Positions 25,447 to 34,867 of a DNA stretch of 53,739 bases are shown here, in pieces. The stretch spans positions 1 to 53,739 of IMG/VR virus record IMGVR_UViG_3300048896_000074. One strand, given 5' to 3'. The translations under genes and the position numbers were made by a program. This DNA comes from a virus. Lineage: Duplodnaviria; Caudoviricetes. The notes below the pieces were generated by a model that saw only the letters and a list, made by a program, of their open reading frames with translations, searched no databases and was not told the DNA's origin. Within the stretch, counting starts at the first letter, position 1; every line of letters starts with the position of its first letter.

Positions 25447-27723
25447 CTAGATCGTAACTGATGTCGGCGTCGATGCCGCCGCGCTCGAGGCGGTGCCCGA
25501 GCCGTTCTTCGCGACCGCCCAATAGAACCACGTCCCCGACGCCGGCGTGTCGATATAGGTCGTCGTCGCGCCGGGCGCGCCTTCGATATCCGCGGCGCCG
25601 AGCGCGGAGGCGGTGCCGAAGCTGTTGGTCGAGTTGCGATAGAAGCGGATCGAGTTGAAGTTCGTGCTCGACGGGTTGCGGCAGGAGAGGTCGACGCTCG
25701 GCGAGGCGACCGTGGCGGTGACCAGCGTCGGCGCCGCGGGCGGGACGGTATCGAGCACGGTCGAGACCGTAGTGGTCGCGCTCCAGTCCGAGGTCTGGAC
25801 CGACGAGAAGTACTGGACCTCGACGTCGACGCTCGCCGCCACCGTCACGAAGCCGGTGTCGAGTTCGATGTCGGGCCCGGGGTCGATATCGACATACTCG
25901 CCGGTGTTCCAGACCGTCGTCGGCGGCGAGCTCGCATCGGTGACGCGCCAGCGCGCGCGCCAGCTTATGTTCGAGACGCCCGGGTCGGTCACCGTGATGC
26001 GGATGCGCGGGCTGTAGCCACCGCTGCCGGCCGTCTCAAAGAACGCGGTCGCCGCCGTGATGACCGGCACCGCGAACGGGGTCGCGACCGGCCGCGCATT
26101 GATCTCGCCGCCGGGTATCTCCTCGCCTGTGCTCCACTCATCGATGTCCGACGACGCCTGGATGAACTCGAAGGTCAGCGTCATCGTCGAGAGGTCGATC
26201 GAGACGTGCGTGATCTCGGCGACGATGTTGGCGATGGTCGCGTTCTCGGAGACCTGCAGTCGCAGGTAGCGCTCGCCAAGCGCATTCATGCCGTAGAGGT
26301 TGGTGATGAACGAGCCGCGGACCGGGGACGAGAGCCGCGACATTGCGCGCTTGGCGAGGCGGCGGGCCTGAGAGCCAGATGGGCACCAGGGTATCGGCAG
26401 CGGCTGGCTGCGGACGACGCCGCGCGCGTCGATGTCGTCTTGGTCGCGCCAGGATCCCGCGTCGTTCTCCTGATACTCGGTCGCCGGGTCGGTGTAGGAC
26501 GGCAGGAGCTCGTTCACCGCCTTCTCGTCCTCGAGGTAGTGTTGCAGCGAATAGCCGACGACGTGCTGGTCGCTGATCGTGATGGTCGGCTCGGAGTAGC
26601 GGCCGGAGCGGACCGTGAAGGCGCCGTCGCCGCGCTGGGCAAGCCATCCGTCGCAGGTCGCGAGCAGTTGCGTCACGACGTCCGACGGCGAGGTATCGTG
26701 GTTGTAGACGCCGCTCGACCTGTAGCGCCGTTCGCCAGCCGAGCCGGTCGCCCAGGAGACGCTGGTGCCGGCGGGCTGCGCGACCGTCATCCCGCCGACG
26801 AACTGGACGAGCAGGCCGCCGACGGTAAGCACCGTGTGCGACTCGGTGGGGAATATCAGCACCGTGCCAGCGACGATCCCCGTCACCGACGTGAGGACGA
26901 CGCTGGTCGCCCCGACCATGATGCCGGTGTTGAGCGTCGCGTGCTCGTTGGCGACTCCCACCGCGATGTCGCAATCGTCCGCGGCGTCCTTCCAGTCCTC
27001 GATCGCCGGGAGGAAGCGGCGCGTGTAGTCCAGACCCATCCCGCCCTTGGCCGTCGTCATGTAGGCCAGCAGGCAGAGGATCGGATTGTCCGACCAGGCC
27101 GTCAGGCCGGTGCGCGGGTCAAAAACGAGTTGCGCCTGGACCGCGACGCCCGGCGCCGGCAGGCCGTTAGGGAAGTCCGCGAGTTGGTTCTCCGGCTTGG
27201 CCTGGAGGCAGGTCAGCGCAATGGACGTGACGCCGTCTCCGCGGTGCTGGCTCGTCCATACGCTTGGGATGCCCGCGACAACCGCCGCGAAGGCCGTCTC
27301 CGGGTTGGCGCCGAGGTTGCTGTAGAAGTGGACGCGCCCCGAAAGGCCGTACTTTTTGCCGTCGGGCGAGAGGACCGCGTCGCTGCCGTCCAGAAGCACG
27401 ACGTCGTCGTGGAGGTAGTGGCGGACGATAGCGTTGCTCGCGCCGTCGAGACACGCGATCACGTCGTAACTGACTTGGTTCGCCGCCTCGAAGCAGACGT
27501 AGGGCCCGCTCACCCGCACCGTGCCGAAAGCCGACTTGCGCACTTGGCGCGGGCTCTTGAGCGGCGTCTGGACGGCGGCCGGCTTCGGGACGCCCGGCGC
27601 CAGGAGCAACGCGGCGCCGACGAGCAGGCCGATGACGATGACGTTCGCCACGATCACCGCGGCAGTGATCGTCAGGCCCGCCGAGACGCCGACGGCGATC
27701 AGGAACGCGATGACCGGAGGCAT
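25447..27723 (-). CDS. tail tip/hub (host-specificity J-like) protein with C-terminal FN3-like domain
   Basis: FGTVRVSG, DPRT...AWSDNP.LC..Y, AADDCD, RYR..G, QARRLAK; C-terminal DTVPPAAP...YWAVAKN.SG. Confidence 0.85.
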   Translation of the reverse strand: MPPVIAFLIAVGVSAGLTITAAVIVANVIVIGLLVGAALLLAPGVPKPAAVQTPLKSPRQVRKSAFGTVRVSGPYVCFEAANQVSYDVIACLDGASNAIVRHYLHDDVVLLDGSDAVLSPDGKKYGLSGRVHFYSNLGANPETAFAAVVAGIPSVWTSQHRGDGVTSIALTCLQAKPENQLADFPNGLPAPGVAVQAQLVFDPRTGLTAWSDNPILCLLAYMTTAKGGMGLDYTRRFLPAIEDWKDAADDCDIAVGVANEHATLNTGIMVGATSVVLTSVTGIVAGTVLIFPTESHTVLTVGGLLVQFVGGMTVAQPAGTSVSWATGSAGERRYRSSGVYNHDTSPSDVVTQLLATCDGWLAQRGDGAFTVRSGRYSEPTITISDQHVVGYSLQHYLEDEKAVNELLPSYTDPATEYQENDAGSWRDQDDIDARGVVRSQPLPIPWCPSGSQARRLAKRAMSRLSSPVRGSFITNLYGMNALGERYLRLQVSENATIANIVAEITHVSIDLSTMTLTFEFIQASSDIDEWSTGEEIPGGEINARPVATPFAVPVITAATAFFETAGSGGYSPRIRITVTDPGVSNISWRARWRVTDASSPPTTVWNTGEYVDIDPGPDIELDTGFVTVAASVDVEVQYFSSVQTSDWSATTTVSTVLDTVPPAAPTLVTATVASPSVDLSCRNPSSTNFNSIRFYRNSTNSFGTASALGAADIEGAPGATTTYIDTPASGTWFYWAVAKNGSGTASSAAASTPTSVTI

Positions 27724-28128
27724 CTAGCGCATGCTCCAGGCGGCGCACCAGAAGACGGGCGCGCAACTTAGGCCGGTCGGCGTCAGGAAAGCCCAGCGAT
27801 CCGCGCCGGCTTTGATCGCGCCGACTTCCTCGTCTTTGCCGCGAGCGTTGGTCGCGAGGACCACGCCGACGTCGCCGGGCTGCGGGTCGGTGGTGGGCGC
27901 AAGGCCCGCAATCGTAGCGCAGCGTCCGACGATCTTGGCGACGCCGCCCGCGCGCTTGAGGATCCGGGCGCATCCCCTGGCCGTCGAGTAGCGGCCGCGC
28001 AGGTCTGCCGCCGGGTCTATGCCGCGCTGCTCAAGCACCCAATCGGCCAGCCAGAGACAGCAATCATGTCGTCCGTATGCCCACGGCTTCCGGCCCGCCC
28101 GCGCGAAGAACTCAGGCAGGCGCATCAT
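27724..28128 (-). CDS. tail-associated NlpC/P60-like protein (DUF6950-like)
   Basis: W.YG.HDCCLWLADWV...G.DPAADLRGRYST..G, GDVGVV. Confidence 0.85.
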   Translation of the reverse strand: MMRLPEFFARAGRKPWAYGRHDCCLWLADWVLEQRGIDPAADLRGRYSTARGCARILKRAGGVAKIVGRCATIAGLAPTTDPQPGDVGVVLATNARGKDEEVGAIKAGADRWAFLTPTGLSCAPVFWCAAWSMR

Positions 28129-28733
28129 TCCGGCCAGACCTTCGTCGAGCCAGCTTCGTAGAGCTTCACGCGGTCAAAGAAGCGGTCATCGGGCGAGCGC
28201 AGTTTCTGGTCGGGGTCGGTGAAGTAGGCGATGGACGGGCGGCGTCGGCCCGTCATGATCGAGCCGACCGAGAGCGTAAGCCGGCGGATGACGCCGTCTT
28301 GCCCGGCGCCGCGATCGACGATCAGCGAATCTGACTGGCCCTCCCACAACCAGGCGACCGGCGATAGCCGCTGGAAGTTGTTGTCGAGCGCGCATATGCC
28401 GAGGTTGACGCTCCTGTCCCGAACGTCCGCGGCCAAGCCAGAAGCCATCGAGGCGAGCGGCGCGGTCACAGAGACGCCGCTTATCGAGAACGCCACCCGC
28501 TCGGCGATGCCGTTGATGAGTTGGCTGACCGTCGGCAGGTCGAGGAGCTCGCCGGCGCCCGAGTAGATGACGCCCGACTCGGTCTCGACCAGATCGGTGG
28601 GGATCGTAAAGTCGCCGACGCCGGCCCAAAGCCGGATGATCGGGTCGGTCGACATGCGGAAGAGGATGCCCGGCAGGGGACGGCTGCCCGCGATCTGCGC
28701 GAGGGCCGCGTCATCCCAACCCAGGCCCGACAC
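28125..28733 (-). CDS. minor tail protein
   Basis: RLWAGVGD, Y.GAGELL, YFTD.DQ..RSPDDRFFD. Confidence 0.8.
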   Translation of the reverse strand: MSGLGWDDAALAQIAGSRPLPGILFRMSTDPIIRLWAGVGDFTIPTDLVETESGVIYSGAGELLDLPTVSQLINGIAERVAFSISGVSVTAPLASMASGLAADVRDRSVNLGICALDNNFQRLSPVAWLWEGQSDSLIVDRGAGQDGVIRRLTLSVGSIMTGRRRPSIAYFTDPDQKLRSPDDRFFDRVKLYEAGSTKVWPE

Positions 28734-29435
28734 TTAGAACGCCTCGATGAAGGTTACGTCGGCCGTCGCGAACTTGTGGTTCTTCACCGTCGGTTCCATC
28801 GCGTCGGAATTGACGACGGTCATCACGCAGCCGGGGTCTTCGAAGTCGAGCGGCGTACCCGCGGCGATCGCCTCGCGCATCGGCGGGCGGATCGTCACGC
28901 CATAAGTTCCGGCGTCGTCATCGGACGTGATCGTCGCGACGCGATAGAGGCGCTTGCCCTTGGTCGCGTGGACGACCGAGAAGTGCATCCCGGCAGAGAG
29001 GTCGCCGCCAACGCTGATGTTGATGGTCATCACCACGCCGCGGAGGCCCACGGCGCCGACCGAGGTCGCGGCGATCAGCGTTTCGCCGTAGCCGGTGCCG
29101 TCGGAGAAGAATGTGCCGTCGGAGTGCGGGACGCCGTCGGTGCCGTAGAACGGCTTGCCGTCGACGATAGGGACCGGCGCCTGCCGCAGATCGCAGAGCG
29201 GGACAATGACTTGCGTTGCGCCGCCGTCGAGCCGGGCGACCCATGACCGCCAAAGCTTGAGCCGCTCGGACGTGTTCAGCGCCACGTTCGTCATCTCGGC
29301 GACCCACAAGCCGCCGCCGTCCGTCTTGGCCTGCTGCTGCAACCCGGAGACGGATTGCCCGGAGGAGATCGTGCGGCCGGTCAGATAGGGCCGCTGTCCC
29401 TCGGGCGAGAAGTAGTGCGTCGGGAAGGTATCCAT
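28734..29435 (-). CDS. distal tail protein
   Basis: Follows the tape measure; GGGLW.A, IRPP.R.A, ends FIEAF. Confidence 0.75.
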   Translation of the reverse strand: MDTFPTHYFSPEGQRPYLTGRTISSGQSVSGLQQQAKTDGGGLWVAEMTNVALNTSERLKLWRSWVARLDGGATQVIVPLCDLRQAPVPIVDGKPFYGTDGVPHSDGTFFSDGTGYGETLIAATSVGAVGLRGVVMTINISVGGDLSAGMHFSVVHATKGKRLYRVATITSDDDAGTYGVTIRPPMREAIAAGTPLDFEDPGCVMTVVNSDAMEPTVKNHKFATADVTFIEAF

Positions 29436-31993
29436 CAGCGCCCCAAAGCGTCGAACTGAGCCGCACGCGCGGGCTGGTCCCGCAGCGCCTGCTTGTAGGC
29501 TTGCGACGCGCCCTGCGCAGCGGCCGTGCGGGCGATGCGCTCGATCTCGGCGTTCCCGTTGGCGCCGGAGACGTCAACGATCATGTGGAGCGCGACGGTC
29601 GTGTGACCCATGCCGCCCTTGCCGGAGAGAATCGCCCGCGTCTGGTCCGCAGTGATGATCTGGCTGCCGCGCGGGACGAAGGCGAGCTCCGGGCCGCGCT
29701 CGCCGACCAGGGCCACGCCACCAGGCGCAGAATCAGTGCCGCCAGCAAAGCCGGGGATCAGGACGCTCAGGATGCTGGCCTCGGCCTGTTTGATCGTGGC
29801 CGCGAGCAAGTCTTGTATGAGCGTGCGGAAGACGTTCTTAGCCACGTCGCCGAGCGACTTCGCGTTGACGATAGCGGACGCGAGGCTATCGGCCAGGGAG
29901 TCGAACGCCTTGACGCCGGCGGCCTCGAAGTCCTCGACTGTGTGCTTGAGGTCGTGCTGCGCGACAAACGACTCCAACGGCCCACGCGTCGAAGCGATCA
30001 CGCCTGCGGTCTGGCCGGCTTGGATCCCCGGCAAAGCCGTTAGTCTGTCTCGGGCCTGTTGCTTCTCGGCCTCGGTCGCCGTCTTCGACGCGACGATCGC
30101 TTCGAGCCGCGCCTTCTCCTCGTCCTGCTGCAGCTTGAGGATTCGCAGTTCGATGTCGCGGCGTTCTTTCGCCGTCTCGGCCAGTTGCGAAAGCGCCTGG
30201 AGCAGATCGACCTGATTGCCGAGTTGCGCCTGCGCTCGGTCATTGATCTCGGCTGCGATGGCGTCCGCCGTCTCGTTGGCCTGCTTCAACTTCTTGAGCC
30301 GCGTCTCCTCGTCGAAGGCATTGAGCCGCGCCTGCCGCTCCTGCTCGGTAAGGTTCTTCTCGGTCTCCAGTTCGACCTCGAGGGCGCGGCGTGCCACGGC
30401 CCGGTCGCGCGCAAGGATCTCGGCCTCGAGCCGGCCGCGCGCCTCGGCGGTCGTCGCGAGGTCGGACTGCGCCTTGAGGATCGAGACGACGGAGTCATTC
30501 AGTTCCTGGGCGACGCGCAGGGTCGCTTGGTCGAGTTCGACTTGCTGGAGCGCGACCTGCTCTCTCGTCTTGGCCGCGTAAAGTTCAGCATTCTTCCCGA
30601 GCAGGATCTGGCCCTGCGCCGCAGTGATGCTTTTCGTCTGGACCTGATCCTCGATGGCTTGGTCCTTCGCGTCCTTCTCGGCAACGAGGCGGTCGCGCGC
30701 GATCTGTTGGCGCTCCTGCGTGCTGTGGAGTTCGTCGTCAAAGACGGCCAGGAGTTCGAGGGCGACGCGGGCAAGCTCGGCGTTGAACCGCCTGATCTGC
30801 TCGGCGGCTTTGTTTGTCGCGTGGCCGGCGGGCGGATGGAGATCCGTCGTCCCCGTTGGAACGTCCGGCGCCGCTGCATCCTGCGGTAGCTTTTCCAGTT
30901 GCGCGGTGAGCTTTTCGCGCTCGGCGAAGGCGCGCTTTACGGCCGCAGTAGCGAAGCCACGGATCTCGCCGCTCGGGTTGTCGAGGTTCCGGCTCTGGCG
31001 CGCGATGAACTCGTCCGTCGAGTTGATGCTGGCCTGAAGCTGGTCGCGGCTACGGTGCTGGATGCCGGCGAGCGCCTGGGCGACGTCGTTGATCTCGTGG
31101 GCGAACTTCGCGGCGATGGTGAGCAGTTGCGTCAGGACCGGAGCCAAATCGACGAACGCGCTCTTGAGTTGGACGTCGATGACTTTCGAGAGCGTCTCAA
31201 ACTGCTCGTTCGCCGCCGCGCCCTTCTTGATCAGGCCCTCGTCCATGACGACGCCGATGCGTTGAGCCTCCTCTCGGAGCGCCTGCATCTTTTCCACGCC
31301 ATCGTTGACCAGCGGCGCGATGCCTCGCAGGCCGAGTTGCTCGATGATCGCGTCTTTCTGCTCCGGCGTGCGCAGCTTGCCGATGCGCTCGATGACCTGA
31401 CGCAGCGCCGCGTCCACGCCGCCGAGGCCCTTCGCTGCGTCGCGCGTGAAGTCGTTGCCGAACAACTCTTTGAACGGTACGAGCCCGCGCTTTGTGCCGG
31501 CCTCGGCCTTGCCGAGCGCGACGGTGAACTCCTGCAATGATGTGGTCAGACCTTCTTCGGTCCCGCCGGCGGCCTTGTTCGCGAACTGGAGCTCCTGCAG
31601 CGCGTCAGTCGTCAGGTGCAGCGCCTTGGCGGTGTTCGCGATGTTCCGCGCGAACTCCGCAGCATCGCCCGCCTGCTTGAGAGCCGCAGCGAGAGCGACA
31701 ACACCGCCGGCCGCTACCAAGCCAAGTGCGCCGAGCGGTTCGAGCGCGGAGCCGAAGATGCGAAGCTTTGCGCCGGCGGCGTCGAGGGTCGCGAGGCGCG
31801 AGGAGTCGAATATCTTTTCCAGCGATCTGCCGAAGTTCGGTGCCGCGAGCGTCCTATCCAGATTGTTGAAGTGGCCCGCAATGTCCTTCGAACCTTTTTG
31901 GGCCAAGCCCACGACTTTATTTAACTTTTCCTCGAACTTTTGGAAGTTGGCGTCCCAAACGACCGTCAACCGCTCGATGTTTTCGGCTGCCAT
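29435..31993 (-). CDS. tail tape measure protein
   Basis: 852 aa helical Ala/Glu/Gln-rich protein; C-terminal FAGGT...PGG.ALVGERGPEL..VP. Confidence 0.92.
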   Translation of the reverse strand: MAAENIERLTVVWDANFQKFEEKLNKVVGLAQKGSKDIAGHFNNLDRTLAAPNFGRSLEKIFDSSRLATLDAAGAKLRIFGSALEPLGALGLVAAGGVVALAAALKQAGDAAEFARNIANTAKALHLTTDALQELQFANKAAGGTEEGLTTSLQEFTVALGKAEAGTKRGLVPFKELFGNDFTRDAAKGLGGVDAALRQVIERIGKLRTPEQKDAIIEQLGLRGIAPLVNDGVEKMQALREEAQRIGVVMDEGLIKKGAAANEQFETLSKVIDVQLKSAFVDLAPVLTQLLTIAAKFAHEINDVAQALAGIQHRSRDQLQASINSTDEFIARQSRNLDNPSGEIRGFATAAVKRAFAEREKLTAQLEKLPQDAAAPDVPTGTTDLHPPAGHATNKAAEQIRRFNAELARVALELLAVFDDELHSTQERQQIARDRLVAEKDAKDQAIEDQVQTKSITAAQGQILLGKNAELYAAKTREQVALQQVELDQATLRVAQELNDSVVSILKAQSDLATTAEARGRLEAEILARDRAVARRALEVELETEKNLTEQERQARLNAFDEETRLKKLKQANETADAIAAEINDRAQAQLGNQVDLLQALSQLAETAKERRDIELRILKLQQDEEKARLEAIVASKTATEAEKQQARDRLTALPGIQAGQTAGVIASTRGPLESFVAQHDLKHTVEDFEAAGVKAFDSLADSLASAIVNAKSLGDVAKNVFRTLIQDLLAATIKQAEASILSVLIPGFAGGTDSAPGGVALVGERGPELAFVPRGSQIITADQTRAILSGKGGMGHTTVALHMIVDVSGANGNAEIERIARTAAAQGASQAYKQALRDQPARAAQFDALGR

Positions 31994-32012
31994 CGCGGAC
32001 GCCTCCGGCTAT

Positions 32013-32339
32013 CTAATCGACGCGGCAGGTAGCAGTCGCGGGACGCTGGCGCTGCTCCGACGACCAGACTTGGGTCAGCGTACTTTCGCCGTCGGCCAGA
32101 TGATCAACGTCGCCCGGCGCCAACCCGATCAGTTCGCCATTCGCCCGATAGAACTCGCAGGCGATGCTCACGCGGCCGAGGTCGCGCCCGGTATCGTTGG
32201 TGATTCGAACGAGCGCCTCTGGCAGCAGGACGGCGTTCAGCCTCACGCTCTCTACCGTTACGGTCGGCGCCTCGCGGGCGATGGGCGGCACTTGGCTGCA
32301 AGCTGAGAGGACGAGGACGGCGGCCAGGGCGAAGCGCAT
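32013..32339 (-). CDS. lipoprotein moron (FxLYD-like fold)
   Basis: Lipobox LSAC at residues 11-14; ITNDTG......V.I.CEFY..NG..IG. Confidence 0.7.
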   Translation of the reverse strand: MRFALAAVLVLSACSQVPPIAREAPTVTVESVRLNAVLLPEALVRITNDTGRDLGRVSIACEFYRANGELIGLAPGDVDHLADGESTLTQVWSSEQRQRPATATCRVD

Positions 32340-32345
32340 CCCGCG

Positions 32346-32374
32346 CCTATAACCCCGTCACGCGTACTTGGCTA
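32346..32374 (-). promoter_or_regulatory. putative dedicated promoter of the lipoprotein moron (leaderless transcript)
   Basis: TAGCCA-17 nt-TATAGG-6 nt-ATG; no Shine-Dalgarno sequence. Confidence 0.45.
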
Positions 32375-32543
32375 TCAGTGCGTCGTGCTCGTCGGGCGTT
32401 GGCGGCTTCGACTGTTCCCCGCCGCCGTGGAATTTGTTGAAGCCGCCGACCGCTGAGACGAACTCCCATAGGCCGGTATTATCGACCATCTCAGGGTTCC
32501 ACCCCATTGCGGCGCCCTGGCCGTAGAACTCGGAGAAGATCAA
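32358..32543 (-). CDS. tail assembly chaperone C-terminal extension (gpT-like, -1 frameshift product)
   Basis: FYG.GAAMGW.P..VD...LWEF; in the -1 frame relative to the upstream chaperone and open back to CCGGGGGAG. Confidence 0.7.
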   Translation of the reverse strand: MIFSEFYGQGAAMGWNPEMVDNTGLWEFVSAVGGFNKFHGGGEQSKPPTPDEHDALIAKYA

Positions 32544-32971
32544 GCGGCCGAGGTCTCCGGGGTTATCTCGGCCGCTACTTTCTCCCCCGGCTCATCATCC
32601 GGTCTCGCCTGGCCGGCGATCAGGACCATCAGCGCAAGGTCGGCGTTCTCGACGAGGCCCTGGAAGCCACGGTCGTCGATCCAAGTGCGAACGAGCTTCC
32701 CCGCCGCGTTCGGTTCCATCCCGCCTTTGATAAGGCCCTGCAGGATAGGCTCACGGACATCGTCGACCATGAAGTCGCCGAGGCCCATGTTCACCTGTTC
32801 GAGGATCGTGGCTTCCGGGTATGCGCGGCGCACGGTGACGCAGCGCGCGAGGCGTTGAGCGACGACGCTCGGCCCCACGCCGCACTTCTCCTGTATCGCG
32901 CGCAGTTCGCCGAGCAGGAGCAGGAACTTGCGTTCCTCCCCGCCGAAGTCCGCATCTACTGCTTTCGCCAT
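32540..32971 (-). CDS. tail assembly chaperone (GTA gp10-like)
   Basis: FGGEE..F.L..GELR.IQEKC.VGP, DVRE.I..GLI.GGM; ends with PGE. Confidence 0.85.
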   Translation of the reverse strand: MAKAVDADFGGEERKFLLLLGELRAIQEKCGVGPSVVAQRLARCVTVRRAYPEATILEQVNMGLGDFMVDDVREPILQGLIKGGMEPNAAGKLVRTWIDDRGFQGLVENADLALMVLIAGQARPDDEPGEKVAAEITPETSAA

Positions 32972-32976
32972 GCGCC

Positions 32977-33429
32977 CTACGTGTTCGGGACGCTGGTGAC
33001 CTCGCCGTCGGACTGCAGGGTAATGGTGCACTCCATCTTGGCGCCGCGGTTGCCGGTGATGGCGAAGTCCGTGCAATGGAACGCGCCCTCGAAGATCACG
33101 CCGCCGTCCGTGTCGGGAACGTCGACGACGACCTGGCAGTTCGAGGAGTCGGCCGCCGTGACCCAATCGTAAAACTCCTGCACGTCGGGCGTGTTGAGCG
33201 TCCCGGCGCCGGCGATCGAGGCCGAGAGCGACGCCTTTTCGCGCAGCGCCCAGGAGATCAGGTCGGGATTGTCGCAGTCGATCTGCGGGAACTCGTTCGT
33301 GGTGCTGGTGAACGTGATCCCGCGCGTCGTGTTGATCGAGCAGAACGCGGTGAAGAGCTCCGGGCTGTTGCCGTCGCCCTTTTTGATCAGCAGCTTGACG
33401 CCTCTGGCGTCCTTCAGAAGGGTCGTCAT
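32977..33429 (-). CDS. tail tube (major tail) protein
   Basis: LLIK.GDG.SPE.F...C, DCD.P, FEGAF, LQSDGEV. Confidence 0.9.
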   Translation of the reverse strand: MTTLLKDARGVKLLIKKGDGNSPELFTAFCSINTTRGITFTSTTNEFPQIDCDNPDLISWALREKASLSASIAGAGTLNTPDVQEFYDWVTAADSSNCQVVVDVPDTDGGVIFEGAFHCTDFAITGNRGAKMECTITLQSDGEVTSVPNT

Positions 33430-33491
33430 TGAATAGGCTCCTAGAGGGGAAGGCCGGCAGAGCCGGGCGGATTACGGGTCGGGCCCGGATT

Positions 33492-33905
33492 TCAGGTCGT
33501 CGGGTTGACGAAGTAGTGGAAGATGAAGCGGCCGTGCGTCGAGCCGTCAGGATCGGTGTTGTAGAGCGCGCCCTGGAACTCCCAGTCGATCACTTCGAAG
33601 CCGGTCAGCGTCAGTTGCGCGGTCAGGGCCGCGCGGATGGCGGCGCCCATCTGCCGGGCCTGGCGCGAACTCGGCGGCTCCGACTTGCTCCAGGCGTGGA
33701 CGGTGGCGAAAATCTCAGAGGCTGGCGCGCAGACCGTGTCGTCGCCGACGATGTTGTCGTCCCCGATCACGACATACGGAAGCAGGGCGTTCGCTGGCAC
33801 GACGTCGTAGATGCGCAGCGGGTTGCCGGTCGCCGTCGCCAGCGCGGCGCTCGCCCGCAGCGCCGCCTCGATGCCGTCGAAGATAGCCTCGGCCGGGTCG
33901 CTCAT
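33492..33905 (-). CDS. tail terminator (DUF3168)
   Basis: IYDVVP....PYVVIG, VHAWS, DPDG.THG. Confidence 0.88.
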   Translation of the reverse strand: MSDPAEAIFDGIEAALRASAALATATGNPLRIYDVVPANALLPYVVIGDDNIVGDDTVCAPASEIFATVHAWSKSEPPSSRQARQMGAAIRAALTAQLTLTGFEVIDWEFQGALYNTDPDGSTHGRFIFHYFVNPTT

Positions 33906-34321
33906 TGCGTCCCGAGTTTCTGCGCCGCCGTCAGCTTCACGGCCGCGTTGAGCGCGCGCTGGGCGCGGCGTCTGGCCCGGTTGCGCAGGACGCGCTTGGC
34001 CGGGTTCCAGAACGGCTCGGCGGGGACGTGCGCGCCTCCCTTGGTCCTGTGGCCGCCCTCTAGGTGGAGCGGATAGGGAGCGCCCGGTCCGCCGATCGAG
34101 ACGAGGAACGCCGTCGAGGTCTGGTCGCCCGGCCGCATGACGAGAGTGTCGGCCAGGTTCGGCGGCTTTGGATCCCCGCGCGGGACGATCTGCGCGACGA
34201 GGTCGTGGAACTCCTGCGCGTTCTTCTGGTTGGCGTCGGCCATCAGCTTGCGCGCCTCCGGCTTTAGCGTGCCGAGCACGCGCTGGCGAAACGCCTGAAT
34301 CCCTTCGACCTTAGACGCCAC
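33902..34321 (-). CDS. HK97 gp10-like neck protein
   Basis: YP.HLE.G, PAEPFW.PA; located between head closure and tail terminator. Confidence 0.75.
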   Translation of the reverse strand: MASKVEGIQAFRQRVLGTLKPEARKLMADANQKNAQEFHDLVAQIVPRGDPKPPNLADTLVMRPGDQTSTAFLVSIGGPGAPYPLHLEGGHRTKGGAHVPAEPFWNPAKRVLRNRARRRAQRALNAAVKLTAAQKLGTQ

Positions 34322-34667
34322 CGCCGGACCCGTCCTCGACGCAGAGCAGAGTGATGTATGCCCGCAGTTCGTCATAGATGATCGACCGGATGTTGAACAC
34401 GCGTCCGTCGCTCGGCCTTACGACGCGCCAGGCGTTCGTGACCTGCGCCGTCTGCCGATCGAAGCGCACCGTGACGTCTACGGGCTGGTCGCCTTGCATG
34501 CGCGCCTGGAAGATCGCCTCGTCGTCACGACGGCCGGTCCGATACTTGAACCGCGCGGCGCGGCTAACCGACGCACCATCGTCCCACGCACCCAGGCGGT
34601 CGCCGTTGGCGTCGAGGCCGCGCTGCTGGAAGCGGATCCGCTCGCGCAGCATCCCGATCTCGGTCAT
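34311..34667 (-). CDS. head closure / head-tail adaptor (SPP1 gp16-like)
   Basis: IG.LRERI.FQ, VTVR, WRV.....FNIRSI. Confidence 0.88.
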   Translation of the reverse strand: MTEIGMLRERIRFQQRGLDANGDRLGAWDDGASVSRAARFKYRTGRRDDEAIFQARMQGDQPVDVTVRFDRQTAQVTNAWRVVRPSDGRVFNIRSIIYDELRAYITLLCVEDGSGGGV

Positions 34668-34867
34668 TTGCGGCGGCGCCTACGCGGGACGACGATCGGC
34701 GCGGGTTGACTGCTCTTGGGCCAGATCGCGGCGCCGGCGGTGATCGCCTTGCCGGCGCAGTCGGAGTTCACGAGCACTTCCCTCGGGCCCGCCTTGAACT
34801 TGGTCGAGACGCGCCGCTCCTCGGTCGGCGTGTAAATGTAGTCTCTGACGAAGATCAAGCGTGGCAT
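34664..34867 (-). CDS. small virion-associated hypothetical protein
   Basis: MPRLIFVRDYIYTP....FKAG......CA.KAI.AGAA; GGAAGGGG RBS. Confidence 0.65.
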   Translation of the reverse strand: MPRLIFVRDYIYTPTEERRVSTKFKAGPREVLVNSDCAGKAITAGAAIWPKSSQPAPIVVPRRRRRK

